NCBI GenBank assembly: GCA_965248575.1
Contig: CBDFJQ010000002.1
Location: 1,536,001 to 1,600,000, forward strand
Length of the DNA: 64,000 nt
Direction of reading: 5' to 3'
Origin: Planctomycetota bacterium
Lineage (GTDB): Bacteria > Planctomycetota > B15-G4
Shown: piece by piece, positions 55,373 to 64,000 of the stretch
How the letters are laid out: each line of letters starts with the position of its first letter
Position numbering within the stretch: the first letter of the stretch is position 1
Translations under genes and position numbers: made by a program
The notes under the pieces: model-generated
What the model was told of the DNA's origin: nothing
What the model saw: the letters and a program-made list of their open reading frames with translations, nothing else
Database searches by the model: none

Positions 55373-56085
55373 AGGACCTCCAGGAAGGCCTCCGCCCGAT
55401 GCTCCCCGGCGGCTCCGGCCCCTGGCAGGAGCACCGCCCTGTAGCGGTTCATGCCCTCGGTGGCCCCAAGGATGTCGGAGTGTTCGAGCTGGCTCGCATA
55501 ACAAGCGATGGCCCGGCGCTTGCTGTCGTAGACAGGCGTGACATCCACGAGGACGTCCGGGACCAGCGGGGACCAGACCTCATAACCGAAGAGCGGCTTC
55601 CCTCGCCCGTGCTTGCGGTGCGCTGCCTTCGCCGCGAGCCCGATGAAGTGGTGGTCACTGTGGGCCTCCGCCGCGTGCGGCGCATAGACCACGTCGGGCT
55701 GGAGGCGTTCGTACTCGGCGCACAACATGTCCGTGATGTGCGCCAGGTCCTGCGTCGTGACCACGCAGCTGTCCGGGAAGTCCCAGAACACCAGCTCCGC
55801 GATGCCCAGCTCAGCCGCCGCAGCGCGCGCCTCGGCCTGGCGCATGGCCACATAATGCCCGGGCTCATGGACCTTGTCCGGGTCTCCATGAACGCCTGTC
55901 GTGGCAAACAACACATGCACCGTGTCGCCTGCAGCCGCATGCAGCGCCAAGGTGCCTCCCAGGCCCACCGTCTCGTCGTCCGGGTGCGGAGCCAACACGA
56001 GCACCGTGCCCGAGGCCGGCGCCGATTCCAAGGTGCGCGGGAGGCTCGGTGGCTGCAGCGGGCGTGGTGGTTTGGCCTCTGTCAC
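55369..56085 (-). CDS. PIG-L/LmbE-family deacetylase
   Basis: APHPDDE..GLGG, R..EA..AA, HSDH, YEVW, YASQ, AEAF. Confidence 0.9.
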   Translation of the reverse strand: MTEAKPPRPLQPPSLPRTLESAPASGTVLVLAPHPDDETVGLGGTLALHAAAGDTVHVLFATTGVHGDPDKVHEPGHYVAMRQAEARAAAAELGIAELVFWDFPDSCVVTTQDLAHITDMLCAEYERLQPDVVYAPHAAEAHSDHHFIGLAAKAAHRKHGRGKPLFGYEVWSPLVPDVLVDVTPVYDSKRRAIACYASQLEHSDILGATEGMNRYRAVLLPGAGAAGEHRAEAFLEVL

Positions 56086-57303
56086 CTAGTCGTTGACCTT
56101 CTGGATGCGCAACAACTTGCCCAGGATGATGGCCAAGCCAAAGGCCGAGGCGGAGAACAAGGCACCCATCTTGGCCTCGCCCTGCAGGCCCGGGGTCGTG
56201 TAGGCCTCACCGGCCACGAACAGTGCAACGGTCAAGCCCAAGCCGGCCACCAGACCCGCCACCGCCAAGGAGCGCAGGTCCATGCCGTCGGGGAGCGGAA
56301 AGCCCAGCAGCTTGCCCAGGTAGGACATACCGAAGATGCCGACGGTCTTGCCGACCAGCAGGGACGCCAGGATGATCCAGGTCAGGTTGCCCATGTTGGC
56401 AAGGGCGACGCCGGCGTTGGAGAAGGCAAACAGGAACAGCCCATAGTCCACGAAGGTCTTGAAGAAGTGCTCGAAGGCCTCCAAGGGACTGGAGACGTGA
56501 TGCGGCATGGTGCCGGCACCGACGTCTTCCTCCTCGGTGATGAGCCCCATCTGCGGACGGTCCGCAGGCAGGAAGGGCACGATGAAGACGAGCGCCAAGG
56601 CCGGGTGCAGATGGGCCATGATGAGCCCGTACCAACTCAGGCCGCCACCCACGAGGATGTAGGGCACCCAGCTGCGCACGTTCATCTTGCGCAAGACCAC
56701 GGACACCAACATGCCGCCCAGGATGAACAGCATCATCGTGGGGGCCACGGGGTGTGCCGGGTCCGGGTAGGCCACGGCGATGATGCCCAAGCCGATGGCG
56801 TCGTCGGCCACGGCCAGCAGCAGCAGGAAGTTCACAGCCGGATGCTTGGCGCCGAACACGAGCCGCGCCGCGAGCCATGCCAGTGCGATGTCGGTCGCCG
56901 TGGGTACACCCCACCCATTGGCGACGGCAGCCTCATCCGGCGAACCTCCGTAGAGAAAGTGCACCAGGAGGAAGAAGGTGCCCACTGGCCCGATCACTCC
57001 GCCGAGCGTGCCCAGGAGCGGGTTGATGGCTTTGGACGGCGGGTTCAGCGAGCCACCGGGCAGGATGGCGTCGGTGATCTCCTTCGCTGCGATGCCGAAG
57101 AACAACACCATGAAGATGTCGTTGATCAGAAAGCCCAAGGTGATGGGATGGCCCAGGATCGAGCCCCCCACCAACGCTCCGTTGACAGCGTTCTCGTACC
57201 AATCCGGCGCGCTGTTGGCGGCCCAGAGCGCGGCAAACACACCCACGATCAAGGGGATCGAATACTCCTGAATGCTGCCGAGGATTCCCTTCTTGGCGCT
57301 CAC
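56086..57303 (-). CDS. nhaA: Na+/H+ antiporter NhaA
   Basis: INDIFM.LFF, GWGVPTATDIA, LAVADD, LLVGK..GI, GLGLTVALF. Confidence 0.92.
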   Translation of the reverse strand: MSAKKGILGSIQEYSIPLIVGVFAALWAANSAPDWYENAVNGALVGGSILGHPITLGFLINDIFMVLFFGIAAKEITDAILPGGSLNPPSKAINPLLGTLGGVIGPVGTFFLLVHFLYGGSPDEAAVANGWGVPTATDIALAWLAARLVFGAKHPAVNFLLLLAVADDAIGLGIIAVAYPDPAHPVAPTMMLFILGGMLVSVVLRKMNVRSWVPYILVGGGLSWYGLIMAHLHPALALVFIVPFLPADRPQMGLITEEEDVGAGTMPHHVSSPLEAFEHFFKTFVDYGLFLFAFSNAGVALANMGNLTWIILASLLVGKTVGIFGMSYLGKLLGFPLPDGMDLRSLAVAGLVAGLGLTVALFVAGEAYTTPGLQGEAKMGALFSASAFGLAIILGKLLRIQKVND

Positions 57304-57347
57304 GTCGTCTCCAGGCTCCTGTTGAAACACTGCATGATTCACATGAA

Positions 57348-58367
57348 TCAGTAGATGTCTGAATCGCCCATGGTGAAGAACCAGTGAGCCGCTGACCAGT
57401 CGAGATCAAAGTCGCGGCCGTACACCATGATGCAGAGGTTGAAGGGGCTGATCTCTTCGGTGAATCCAAGCGACCGCAAGGTCTTCAACTGGGGCATCTG
57501 CGGGGTCACCCAGGTCTCGAGGCGCCCGCCTCCCTCAGCCAGGGCCAGACGCCCCACCTCGGCCAAGAGAGCCGCCACGGTCTGGCTGTCCCCGCCCGGG
57601 CCGATCCAGTCCATGAGGGGCACGATGGGGTGCCCGAACCAACCCAGGCTGAAGACCAGAGCTCCCACCAGTTCTCCGTCCCGGCGAGCCAGCGCGATGC
57701 GGTAGTCCACATCAGGCCAGTCCCGGTAGCGCCATGCCAGGTAGGTCTCGTCGCGCCACAAGCCGAGCGGGACCTCATCCAGGGTGGCTAGGAACAACTG
57801 CTCGACCTCGGGCAGGGCGCCCCAATCGTCGAGTTCCACGGTCAGGCCGGCCCCCTTCTGGGCCAGGCCTTCGACCCAGGACGCGTCGAACTCCACGACC
57901 TGCGTCGGCATGGGGCAGTGCACCGGCTTGTAGCCCAGGATGCGCGTGCCCACGCCGAAGGCCTGGTTGTTGGGCAGCCCGTAGGCGTACTCGTTCTGAT
58001 CCCCCCCGTCCCCGCGACAGAACTCCTTCAGATACGTCCGACCGATGGTCACGAACATGCTGCTCTTGCGCAGGGAGCCCCGCCAACGGCGGTCGACCAC
58101 CGTGTCCACGGCCTGGGCGCAGACCCTCTTCTCACCCCGGACAGAGCAGCGCAGGGCCATCGCGGAGTAATTGCCGACGATCTCGCCCTGCTCGCTCAAG
58201 GCCACAAGCACCTGGTAGCCCATGGGGTTGTCGATGTACCGGTGCCGCCACGTGGCCATGCTGCGGGGCACGTAGTTCGGGTCATCTTCCGTGAGCACGC
58301 GATTGAAGAGCGAGAGGATGCCCTGCTCATCACCGGGCTGATAGCGACGTATTTCGAATGGGTCCAT
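57348..58367 (-). CDS. GNAT-family acyltransferase (two-domain)
   Basis: IRRYQPGDE, DTVVD..WRG, YGLPN, C-terminal WFFTMGDSDIY; tandem paralogue of the next gene. Confidence 0.8.
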   Translation of the reverse strand: MDPFEIRRYQPGDEQGILSLFNRVLTEDDPNYVPRSMATWRHRYIDNPMGYQVLVALSEQGEIVGNYSAMALRCSVRGEKRVCAQAVDTVVDRRWRGSLRKSSMFVTIGRTYLKEFCRGDGGDQNEYAYGLPNNQAFGVGTRILGYKPVHCPMPTQVVEFDASWVEGLAQKGAGLTVELDDWGALPEVEQLFLATLDEVPLGLWRDETYLAWRYRDWPDVDYRIALARRDGELVGALVFSLGWFGHPIVPLMDWIGPGGDSQTVAALLAEVGRLALAEGGGRLETWVTPQMPQLKTLRSLGFTEEISPFNLCIMVYGRDFDLDWSAAHWFFTMGDSDIY

Positions 58368-58408
58368 GGTTCAGTCGTTTGGTCTGTCGGCAGTCCGGGC
58401 ACCGCCTG

Positions 58409-59443
58409 TCAGTAGATGTCGGTGTCGCCCATGGTCAGGAACCAGTTCTGTTTCACCCACGGGATGTCGTAGGCCCGGGAGAACAGCACCATGCACAAAT
58501 TGAACTGGGTGTGCTCCTCGCCAAAGCCCAGGCTGCGGAGCGTCGCCACGTGGGGCATGGCTGGGGTCACCCAGGACTCCACCCGCGGGTGCTGGCGCTC
58601 GCAGGAGACGGCGGCCACCCGGGCGAGCAGCGCGGCCATGGTCTGTTCGTCCGAGCCCGAGCCGATCCAGTCCAGGACGACCGACACCGGCCTCTTCTCC
58701 CACGGCACGCCCACGCGATAGAAGGCCGCGCCACAGACTTCTCCCTGCCCGCCGTCGCGCCGGGCGAGCAGCAAGCCATAGGGGCTCTCGGGCCAGTCGC
58801 GGAAGCGCCACGACAGATACGCCAGGTCTCGCACGTTGCCCAGCGGCATCTCATGCTCATGGCGCGCCGCCAGCTCGGCCACCTGCTCCAGGGCGTCCCA
58901 ACCAGCGTCCTCTGCCACGACATCGCCGGCCCGGGAAGCGAGCTCCCCCGCCCAGGCCTGGTCGAACTCACGGTACTGGCGCGGTAAGGGGCAGTGCACA
59001 GGCGTGTAGCCCAGCAGCCGAGTGCCCAGGGGATAGTGGTTCTCGTTGGGCAGGCCGTAGATGAAGTCGTTGAACTCCGGCTTGTCGGCATCGCAGTACA
59101 CGCGCTGGTATTCATTCGCGATGGTGATGAACAGGCTGCTCTTGCGCAGCGAACGCCGGAAGGCCATGTCCACGCAACTGTCCACCACCTGCGTGGCCAC
59201 GCGCCGCTCGTCCCCCACCTTCAGCAGCACTGGGCAAGAGGAGTAGTTGGCGACGATGTTGCCGTCCACGTCCAAGCCCACCAGCGTCTGGTGCCCGCGC
59301 GGGTTGGCTTCATAGAGGTGGCGCCAGGTGGCCATGTCCCGGGGGGTGAAGTCCGGGTTGTCGCCGCCGAAGACCCGATTGAAGAGCGGCAGGATCTGCT
59401 CTTCGTCCCCCGCTTCATAGGGTCGGATGGAGAAGCTGCTCAT
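58409..59443 (-). CDS. GNAT-family acyltransferase (two-domain)
   Basis: IRPYEAGDE, DSCVD..FRR, YGLPN, WFLTMGDTDIY; ATGA overlap. Confidence 0.8.
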   Translation of the reverse strand: MSSFSIRPYEAGDEEQILPLFNRVFGGDNPDFTPRDMATWRHLYEANPRGHQTLVGLDVDGNIVANYSSCPVLLKVGDERRVATQVVDSCVDMAFRRSLRKSSLFITIANEYQRVYCDADKPEFNDFIYGLPNENHYPLGTRLLGYTPVHCPLPRQYREFDQAWAGELASRAGDVVAEDAGWDALEQVAELAARHEHEMPLGNVRDLAYLSWRFRDWPESPYGLLLARRDGGQGEVCGAAFYRVGVPWEKRPVSVVLDWIGSGSDEQTMAALLARVAAVSCERQHPRVESWVTPAMPHVATLRSLGFGEEHTQFNLCMVLFSRAYDIPWVKQNWFLTMGDTDIY

Positions 59444-60363
59444 GCCTTGACCACCTTTCGCACCGCATCCCACATCTCGCGCTTCGCCTGAGCGGGTGCC
59501 TGCTCGCGCACGAGGCGTCGCCACTCCTGCAGCCCCCGCAGCACGGTCATCGCCTTGGCCACCAGGTTGCCGCGCCACCCGAAGTGCTTGCGGTAGTAGG
59601 CCAAGCGGTTCTCATGCCAAAGCTGACCGAAGTTCGGCACCTGCGATGTGCTCTTGCCCTCGTGATGAAGGATGGCGACCTCTGCGATGTAGGCCACCTT
59701 CTGCCCCACCTCCGCAAGGCGCTTGCAGAGATCCACGTCGTTGAAGAACAGCCAGAGCCGGGGGTCGAACCCACCGAGTTGGTCCCAGAGTTCCTTGCGG
59801 ATCAGGAAGGCCGCGCCCGGTGGCTGGTCCACGTCACGACTGCTGGCGTGGTCGAAATCTGCCATCATGTAACGTGGGATGACGGAGTTGCCCGGGAACT
59901 TCTTGTCGAACCATGTGTCGTAGAACACAGCCGTTCGCAGGTCGGGGAACGTCTTGCACGAATGTTGGATGCTGCCGTCTTCGCACACGAGACGCGGGGC
60001 GCAGGCACCGTGTTCGGGGTGCTGCTCCAGGAAGTCGACGAGGAAGGTGAGCACGCCTGGACCCACGGCAGTGTCCGAGTTGAGCAGCAGGAGGTAGCGA
60101 CCCGTGGCATGCTCCGCGCCCAGGTTGTTTCCAATCGCGTAGCCATCGTTGCGCTCGTTGCGAACCAGCTGGATCCACGGGAAGCGCGACGCCACCATGT
60201 CGGCGCTGCCGTCCTCGGAAGCGTTGTCCAGGACGACCACCTGCAGACTTTGCTCATCCCGCAGGGCCTTGAGCGAATTGAGGCAGGCGCGCAACAGACC
60301 CTTGGTGTTCCAGCTCAACACCACGATGGACAGGGTCGGTCGCTCGCCCGCAGGCTCCGTCAT
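59440..60363 (-). CDS. GT2 glycosyltransferase (WbbL-like)
   Basis: SIVVLSWN, DNASEDGS, GNNLG, LLNSD, GGFDP..LFFNDVDLC. Confidence 0.9.
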   Translation of the reverse strand: MTEPAGERPTLSIVVLSWNTKGLLRACLNSLKALRDEQSLQVVVLDNASEDGSADMVASRFPWIQLVRNERNDGYAIGNNLGAEHATGRYLLLLNSDTAVGPGVLTFLVDFLEQHPEHGACAPRLVCEDGSIQHSCKTFPDLRTAVFYDTWFDKKFPGNSVIPRYMMADFDHASSRDVDQPPGAAFLIRKELWDQLGGFDPRLWLFFNDVDLCKRLAEVGQKVAYIAEVAILHHEGKSTSQVPNFGQLWHENRLAYYRKHFGWRGNLVAKAMTVLRGLQEWRRLVREQAPAQAKREMWDAVRKVVKA

Positions 60364-61559
60364 GCGTGAACGAGCTCGGCCGCCGCCGTCTCAGCCGTGA
60401 CCGGCACGGGCGCGCCGACCTTCTCCATGCACACCGTGCGCAGGACCTTGAGTGACCGGCGCTCCAGGAAGCGAATGTAGTACTTGGCCTCCACCAACCC
60501 TTCCCAGACCACCTCGGGGATCTGGAAGCGTCGGCTGACATCCAGGCGGCCGGCCGCGAAGACGAAGCCGGGGTCCACGGCGAGCTCGGCCACATAGGCC
60601 CCGCTCCCAGGGACATCGAGAACCGGCGCACTCTCGAAGGAACCCAGCTGCTCGACCTTCGCGAACTCATGCCCCTTGCCCGTGCGCCCTGAGGTGAAGG
60701 ACAGCAACAGGTTCGCCAACCACGCTCCGAGGAAGCCGTAGCGAGCCCTGAAGAACAGGCGCCGCGAAACCTCGTAGCGGCTCATGGCGGCCACGGGGTC
60801 CTGGCCGGCGCTGCGGTTGAAGAAGTGCGTGAGCTCGGCCTGGGGGCACAGATCGGTTGTGAAGCCTCGCCGATGCAAGCGCATGCAGAGATCGGCGTCT
60901 TCGAAGTAGAAGGGGTAGCGCGTGTCGAAGGGACCCAGCTCGTCGGCCAGGCTGCGCAGCATCAGGAAGCTGGCTCCCGACACCTGGGTCACGGGCACGC
61001 CGGTCGTAGCCGTCCATTGCTCGATGGCACGGCGGGTACGCGCCCTCGCGTGACGCTCGCCTGCACCCGACACGGCCCGGGCCAGCGTCTCCGAGAAGAG
61101 GCTGCACATCGACGGCTTCTCGTTGGGCGGCAGAAGGAAGAAACGTTGCGGGTCCAGGAAACTCTTGGGCCCCACCAGACCACAGCGCTGGTTGGACTCG
61201 AGGTGCTCGACCATGCGCGTCAGCATGCCGCGGAACATCATGACGTCCGGGTTGCTGATCAGCACGTAGTGCCCACGGGCGTGCTCGCAAGCCAGGTTCA
61301 TTCCGCTGGCGTAGCCCGAGTTCTGGCGCGAGCGCACGAGATGCACGTCGCGCTCTTGTTCCAGGGCGACGAGGTGCTGCTCCTCATCGGGCCCAGAAGC
61401 ATTGTCGACCACGACGAAGTCGATGCCTTCACCAGGCGCTCGGCCCGGCAGCCGTTGGCGCCGGGCGTTCTCCACGAGGCCACGGGTCATGGCGCCCGAG
61501 CGCCAGTTGACGATCAGAATGGTGATTGAAGCCATCTCGGATCCGTTTGCGGACATCAT
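60360..61559 (-). CDS. GT2 glycosyltransferase with C-terminal accessory domain
   Basis: ILIVNW, VDNAS, NSGYASGMN, SNPD, FYFEDADLC; ~95-aa extra tail. Confidence 0.88.
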   Translation of the reverse strand: MMSANGSEMASITILIVNWRSGAMTRGLVENARRQRLPGRAPGEGIDFVVVDNASGPDEEQHLVALEQERDVHLVRSRQNSGYASGMNLACEHARGHYVLISNPDVMMFRGMLTRMVEHLESNQRCGLVGPKSFLDPQRFFLLPPNEKPSMCSLFSETLARAVSGAGERHARARTRRAIEQWTATTGVPVTQVSGASFLMLRSLADELGPFDTRYPFYFEDADLCMRLHRRGFTTDLCPQAELTHFFNRSAGQDPVAAMSRYEVSRRLFFRARYGFLGAWLANLLLSFTSGRTGKGHEFAKVEQLGSFESAPVLDVPGSGAYVAELAVDPGFVFAAGRLDVSRRFQIPEVVWEGLVEAKYYIRFLERRSLKVLRTVCMEKVGAPVPVTAETAAAELVHA

Positions 61560-62779
61560 TTCTGTTCCACGCTTGTAACGGCGAACTCGTGGGGACAAGC
61601 CACCATGCCGGGGATGTTCTCGGGGTTGAGCACGATCAGCGGACGGTCCACCGTCCGGGTGTCGTAGGCGTGCACAAAGGTCTCGTCGATGAGGTATCCG
61701 ACGATGCTGAACTCGCCGCTGGCCAACGGCAACTGAGGCAACTTCAGGCGACAGCGGTAGAGGCCGGGCTCGATCACCGCCAACACCCCGTCCATGTGGG
61801 AGAAGAGCGAGATGACCAGGATGTTGTCGTTGCGGAAAAAACCCACCCCGACGTGCACCGGCTGGTGGTTGTTGAACAGGCGGAACTCCATCTCCACCAG
61901 CACATCCTGGCCGGGTTGGACCGGGTCCGAGATCTCGGTCTCCACGCCGTTCTCGACCTGCAGCAGGCGGATGTCTTCCACGAGCGGGCGCCCCTGCCCC
62001 TCCATGCGCTCCTTGCCCATCGAAAGTGCGCTCTCATCTGCGGACATGGCGCGCTCATAGTTGGCGTAGGCCACGGTGACGTCCTGCGGCGTGCCGTGCA
62101 TCTCCACCTTGCCGTCCTTGATCCAGATCACCTCATCACAGATCTGGCGGACGTCGTAGAGGGAGTGGCTGCAGAACAGGATCGACTTGCCCGAGTTGCG
62201 GAAGTCGAAGATGCGGTCGACGCACTTCTTCTGGAAGTAGAGATCGCCCACCGCGAGGATCTCATCGATGATCAGCACTTCGGGGTCGATGGCGGTGGCC
62301 ACCGAAAAGCCGAGACGCATGATCATGCCTGAGCTGTAGGTCCGCACGGGCTTGTCGATGTAATCGCCCAGTTCGGCGAAGGCGATGATCTCGTCCACCT
62401 TCGCCTCAACTTCCTTCAGGGAGAAGCCCAGGACCTGGGCCGCGAGGTAGATGTTCGCCCGCCCGTCGAACTCGCTGTGGAAGCCCGTGCCGAGCTCCAG
62501 CAGACTGGCCACCGTCCCGCTCACTTGGTGCACGCCGCCTGTGGCCATGGACGTCCCCGCAAGCACCTTCAGCAGCGTGGACTTGCCGGCACCGTTCTCG
62601 CCGATGACACCGAGCGCCCTGCCGTGAGGCACTTCGAAGCTCACGCCATCCAACGCCCGGTAGGAGGAATGGAACTTCTTCTTCCCGAAGGAGAGCATCT
62701 CCTTCAAGCGATCGAAGGAGTTCCCGTACATGCGGTACTCCTTCACCAGGTCCTTGACGATGACGGCTGCGTCTGACAT
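61556..62779 (-). CDS. wzt: polysaccharide ABC transporter ATPase with C-terminal carbohydrate-binding domain
   Basis: GENGAGKST, LLELGTGF, YSSGM, IIDEILAVGD, CSHS; ~160-aa C-terminal Wzt_C-like beta domain. Confidence 0.95.
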   Translation of the reverse strand: MSDAAVIVKDLVKEYRMYGNSFDRLKEMLSFGKKKFHSSYRALDGVSFEVPHGRALGVIGENGAGKSTLLKVLAGTSMATGGVHQVSGTVASLLELGTGFHSEFDGRANIYLAAQVLGFSLKEVEAKVDEIIAFAELGDYIDKPVRTYSSGMIMRLGFSVATAIDPEVLIIDEILAVGDLYFQKKCVDRIFDFRNSGKSILFCSHSLYDVRQICDEVIWIKDGKVEMHGTPQDVTVAYANYERAMSADESALSMGKERMEGQGRPLVEDIRLLQVENGVETEISDPVQPGQDVLVEMEFRLFNNHQPVHVGVGFFRNDNILVISLFSHMDGVLAVIEPGLYRCRLKLPQLPLASGEFSIVGYLIDETFVHAYDTRTVDRPLIVLNPENIPGMVACPHEFAVTSVEQK

Positions 62780-63750
62780 CAGACCTCGTCCGAGAAGCGG
62801 CCTTTGCACCGCAAGAAGAACGCGTAGCCGAGCCACTGCACGACCACGGCCAGCGCGCCGAACTTGAGCAGCTTGACCCAGTCGAAGGGGACCTTGCCGT
62901 AGGTCCAGATGGAGCGGTGCAGGTTCAGCACCGTCGCCATGGGGTTGGCCTGCATGATGTCGTTGATGCGGTTGACGTCCGCCAGCGCACTCTGCGCCTG
63001 CTCGAGGGAAAGTTGTGCGCCGGCCAGCACCTCAGCGGGCGTCGCCGCAGCAGCCTCGAGGTTCGCCACGTGGGCTTCCGCCATGATGAGCTCCGACTCC
63101 TGCTTCACGGCCACCGCGCTCAGGTCGTAGAACACGGGCGTCGTGAACATCCAGAAGGTCACGGCGACCGGCACGAGCTGCATGACGTCACGCACGAAAA
63201 TGTTGGCTGCAGCCAAGAACATCGCGATGCCGCTAATGAACAGGAACTGCACCACGATGATGGCAGGTAACCAGATCAGGGCCACGGGCAGGCTGCCGTT
63301 GATGGCCACCTCCATCGCGGCGAGCAGCGCGTAGCCGATCAGGAAGTACACGTGGTTCACCACCACCGAGTACGTCGGCAACAGCTCGCTCGGGAAGGCG
63401 ATCTTCTTGACCAGGTTCGCGTTCTCGAGCACGACCCCGGATCCCCGGGACAGGCTCTCGGCGAGCACCGTCCAGGGCAAGATGCCGGTGATCAGATAAA
63501 AGGTCGAGCGCCAGCCTTCGCCCGTGGGCCCGTGGGGCGCCAGGTCGTCGCTGAATCCGATTTTCAGGATGCGTGCGAAGACCAGGTAGTAGATGGCAAA
63601 CAGCACCGCCGGCTGGATCACGGGCCAGACCCGCCCCAACATCGACCCCTCCACGCGCGCCTTCAGCTCGCGGTGTACGAAAGCCATGAGCAATTCGCGG
63701 TACTTGAGCACCACGAAGGGCAGGCGGAAAGCGGCCAGGAGGGGATGCAT
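62779..63750 (-). CDS. wzm: polysaccharide ABC transporter permease
   Basis: RELKAR..GS.LG..W..IQP, NANLVKKIAFP, VRD..Q, F.TPVFY, NPM, RFSDEV; TGATG coupling to wzt. Confidence 0.93.
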   Translation of the reverse strand: MHPLLAAFRLPFVVLKYRELLMAFVHRELKARVEGSMLGRVWPVIQPAVLFAIYYLVFARILKIGFSDDLAPHGPTGEGWRSTFYLITGILPWTVLAESLSRGSGVVLENANLVKKIAFPSELLPTYSVVVNHVYFLIGYALLAAMEVAINGSLPVALIWLPAIIVVQFLFISGIAMFLAAANIFVRDVMQLVPVAVTFWMFTTPVFYDLSAVAVKQESELIMAEAHVANLEAAAATPAEVLAGAQLSLEQAQSALADVNRINDIMQANPMATVLNLHRSIWTYGKVPFDWVKLLKFGALAVVVQWLGYAFFLRCKGRFSDEV

Positions 63751-63897
63751 CGGGAGAGGAGCTGCAGCTCGCAGAGGCTGGGGCCGCGCCTGCCCTCGCC
63801 CGAGAGGGCTTCAGGGAGCGGGCACGAAGCGCGGCAGCATACCCGGCAAGAGGGCCCCGATGAACGGCTGGCCCTCCTCCGATCCGCCAGGAAAGCT

Positions 63898-64000
63898 TCA
63901 GGCCTCGATCAGACTCCGGGCCAAACAGCCCGCCCCCAGCAGCCCGGCTTGCTCGCCAAGCGTGGCAGGCACCACGGGGATGTCGCGGCGGCCGTGCCCC
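63898..64000 (-). CDS. 3' end of a ROK-family kinase/regulator (partial)
   Basis: Minus frame reads IPVVPATLGEQAGLLGAGCLARSLIEA*, matching the ROK C-terminal A.LG..AGL.GA pattern. Confidence 0.7.
   Translation of the reverse strand, partial: GHGRRDIPVVPATLGEQAGLLGAGCLARSLIEA

Overview
GC-rich bacterial DNA. The gene style and families are consistent with a Planctomycetota/PVC-type genome, but that is an inference. No tRNA, rRNA, CRISPR array, transposase or integrase was recognised. Two minus-strand glycan-biosynthesis blocks bracket the window. The left block (1576-13571) has GT2s, GT4s, a GT2-GT4 fusion, a stand-alone coiled-coil protein and an embedded M3 peptidase. The right block (47321-63750) has wzm/wzt, GT2s, GT4s, two PIG-L deacetylases, two GNATs and nhaA. 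All seven GT4 domains carry a 4-Cys motif. Between the blocks lie a degenerate ProRS paralogue, a secreted orphan protein, a pair of covarying ~100-nt hairpin elements, a sulfatase-like lipoprotein with an inserted LysM domain, xth-hisS, and a DedA plus flavin-disulfide oxidoreductase pair. Also between them are an uncharacterised five-gene redox/metal operon, a CEMIP/TMEM2-like G8 protein, KirBac and a GH5 mannanase. A seven-gene respiratory operon joins napA/napD and a tetraheme NapB to an octaheme reductive-type HAO homologue and a DsrOP/NrfCD-like quinol module, with no nrfA, napC or napGH. The best candidates for undescribed biology are this Nap-HAO operon, the pseudo-ProRS, the hairpin pair, the five-gene operon and the Cys4-GT4/deacetylase/GNAT glycan system. 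All family calls come from motif recognition by eye; no searches were run.
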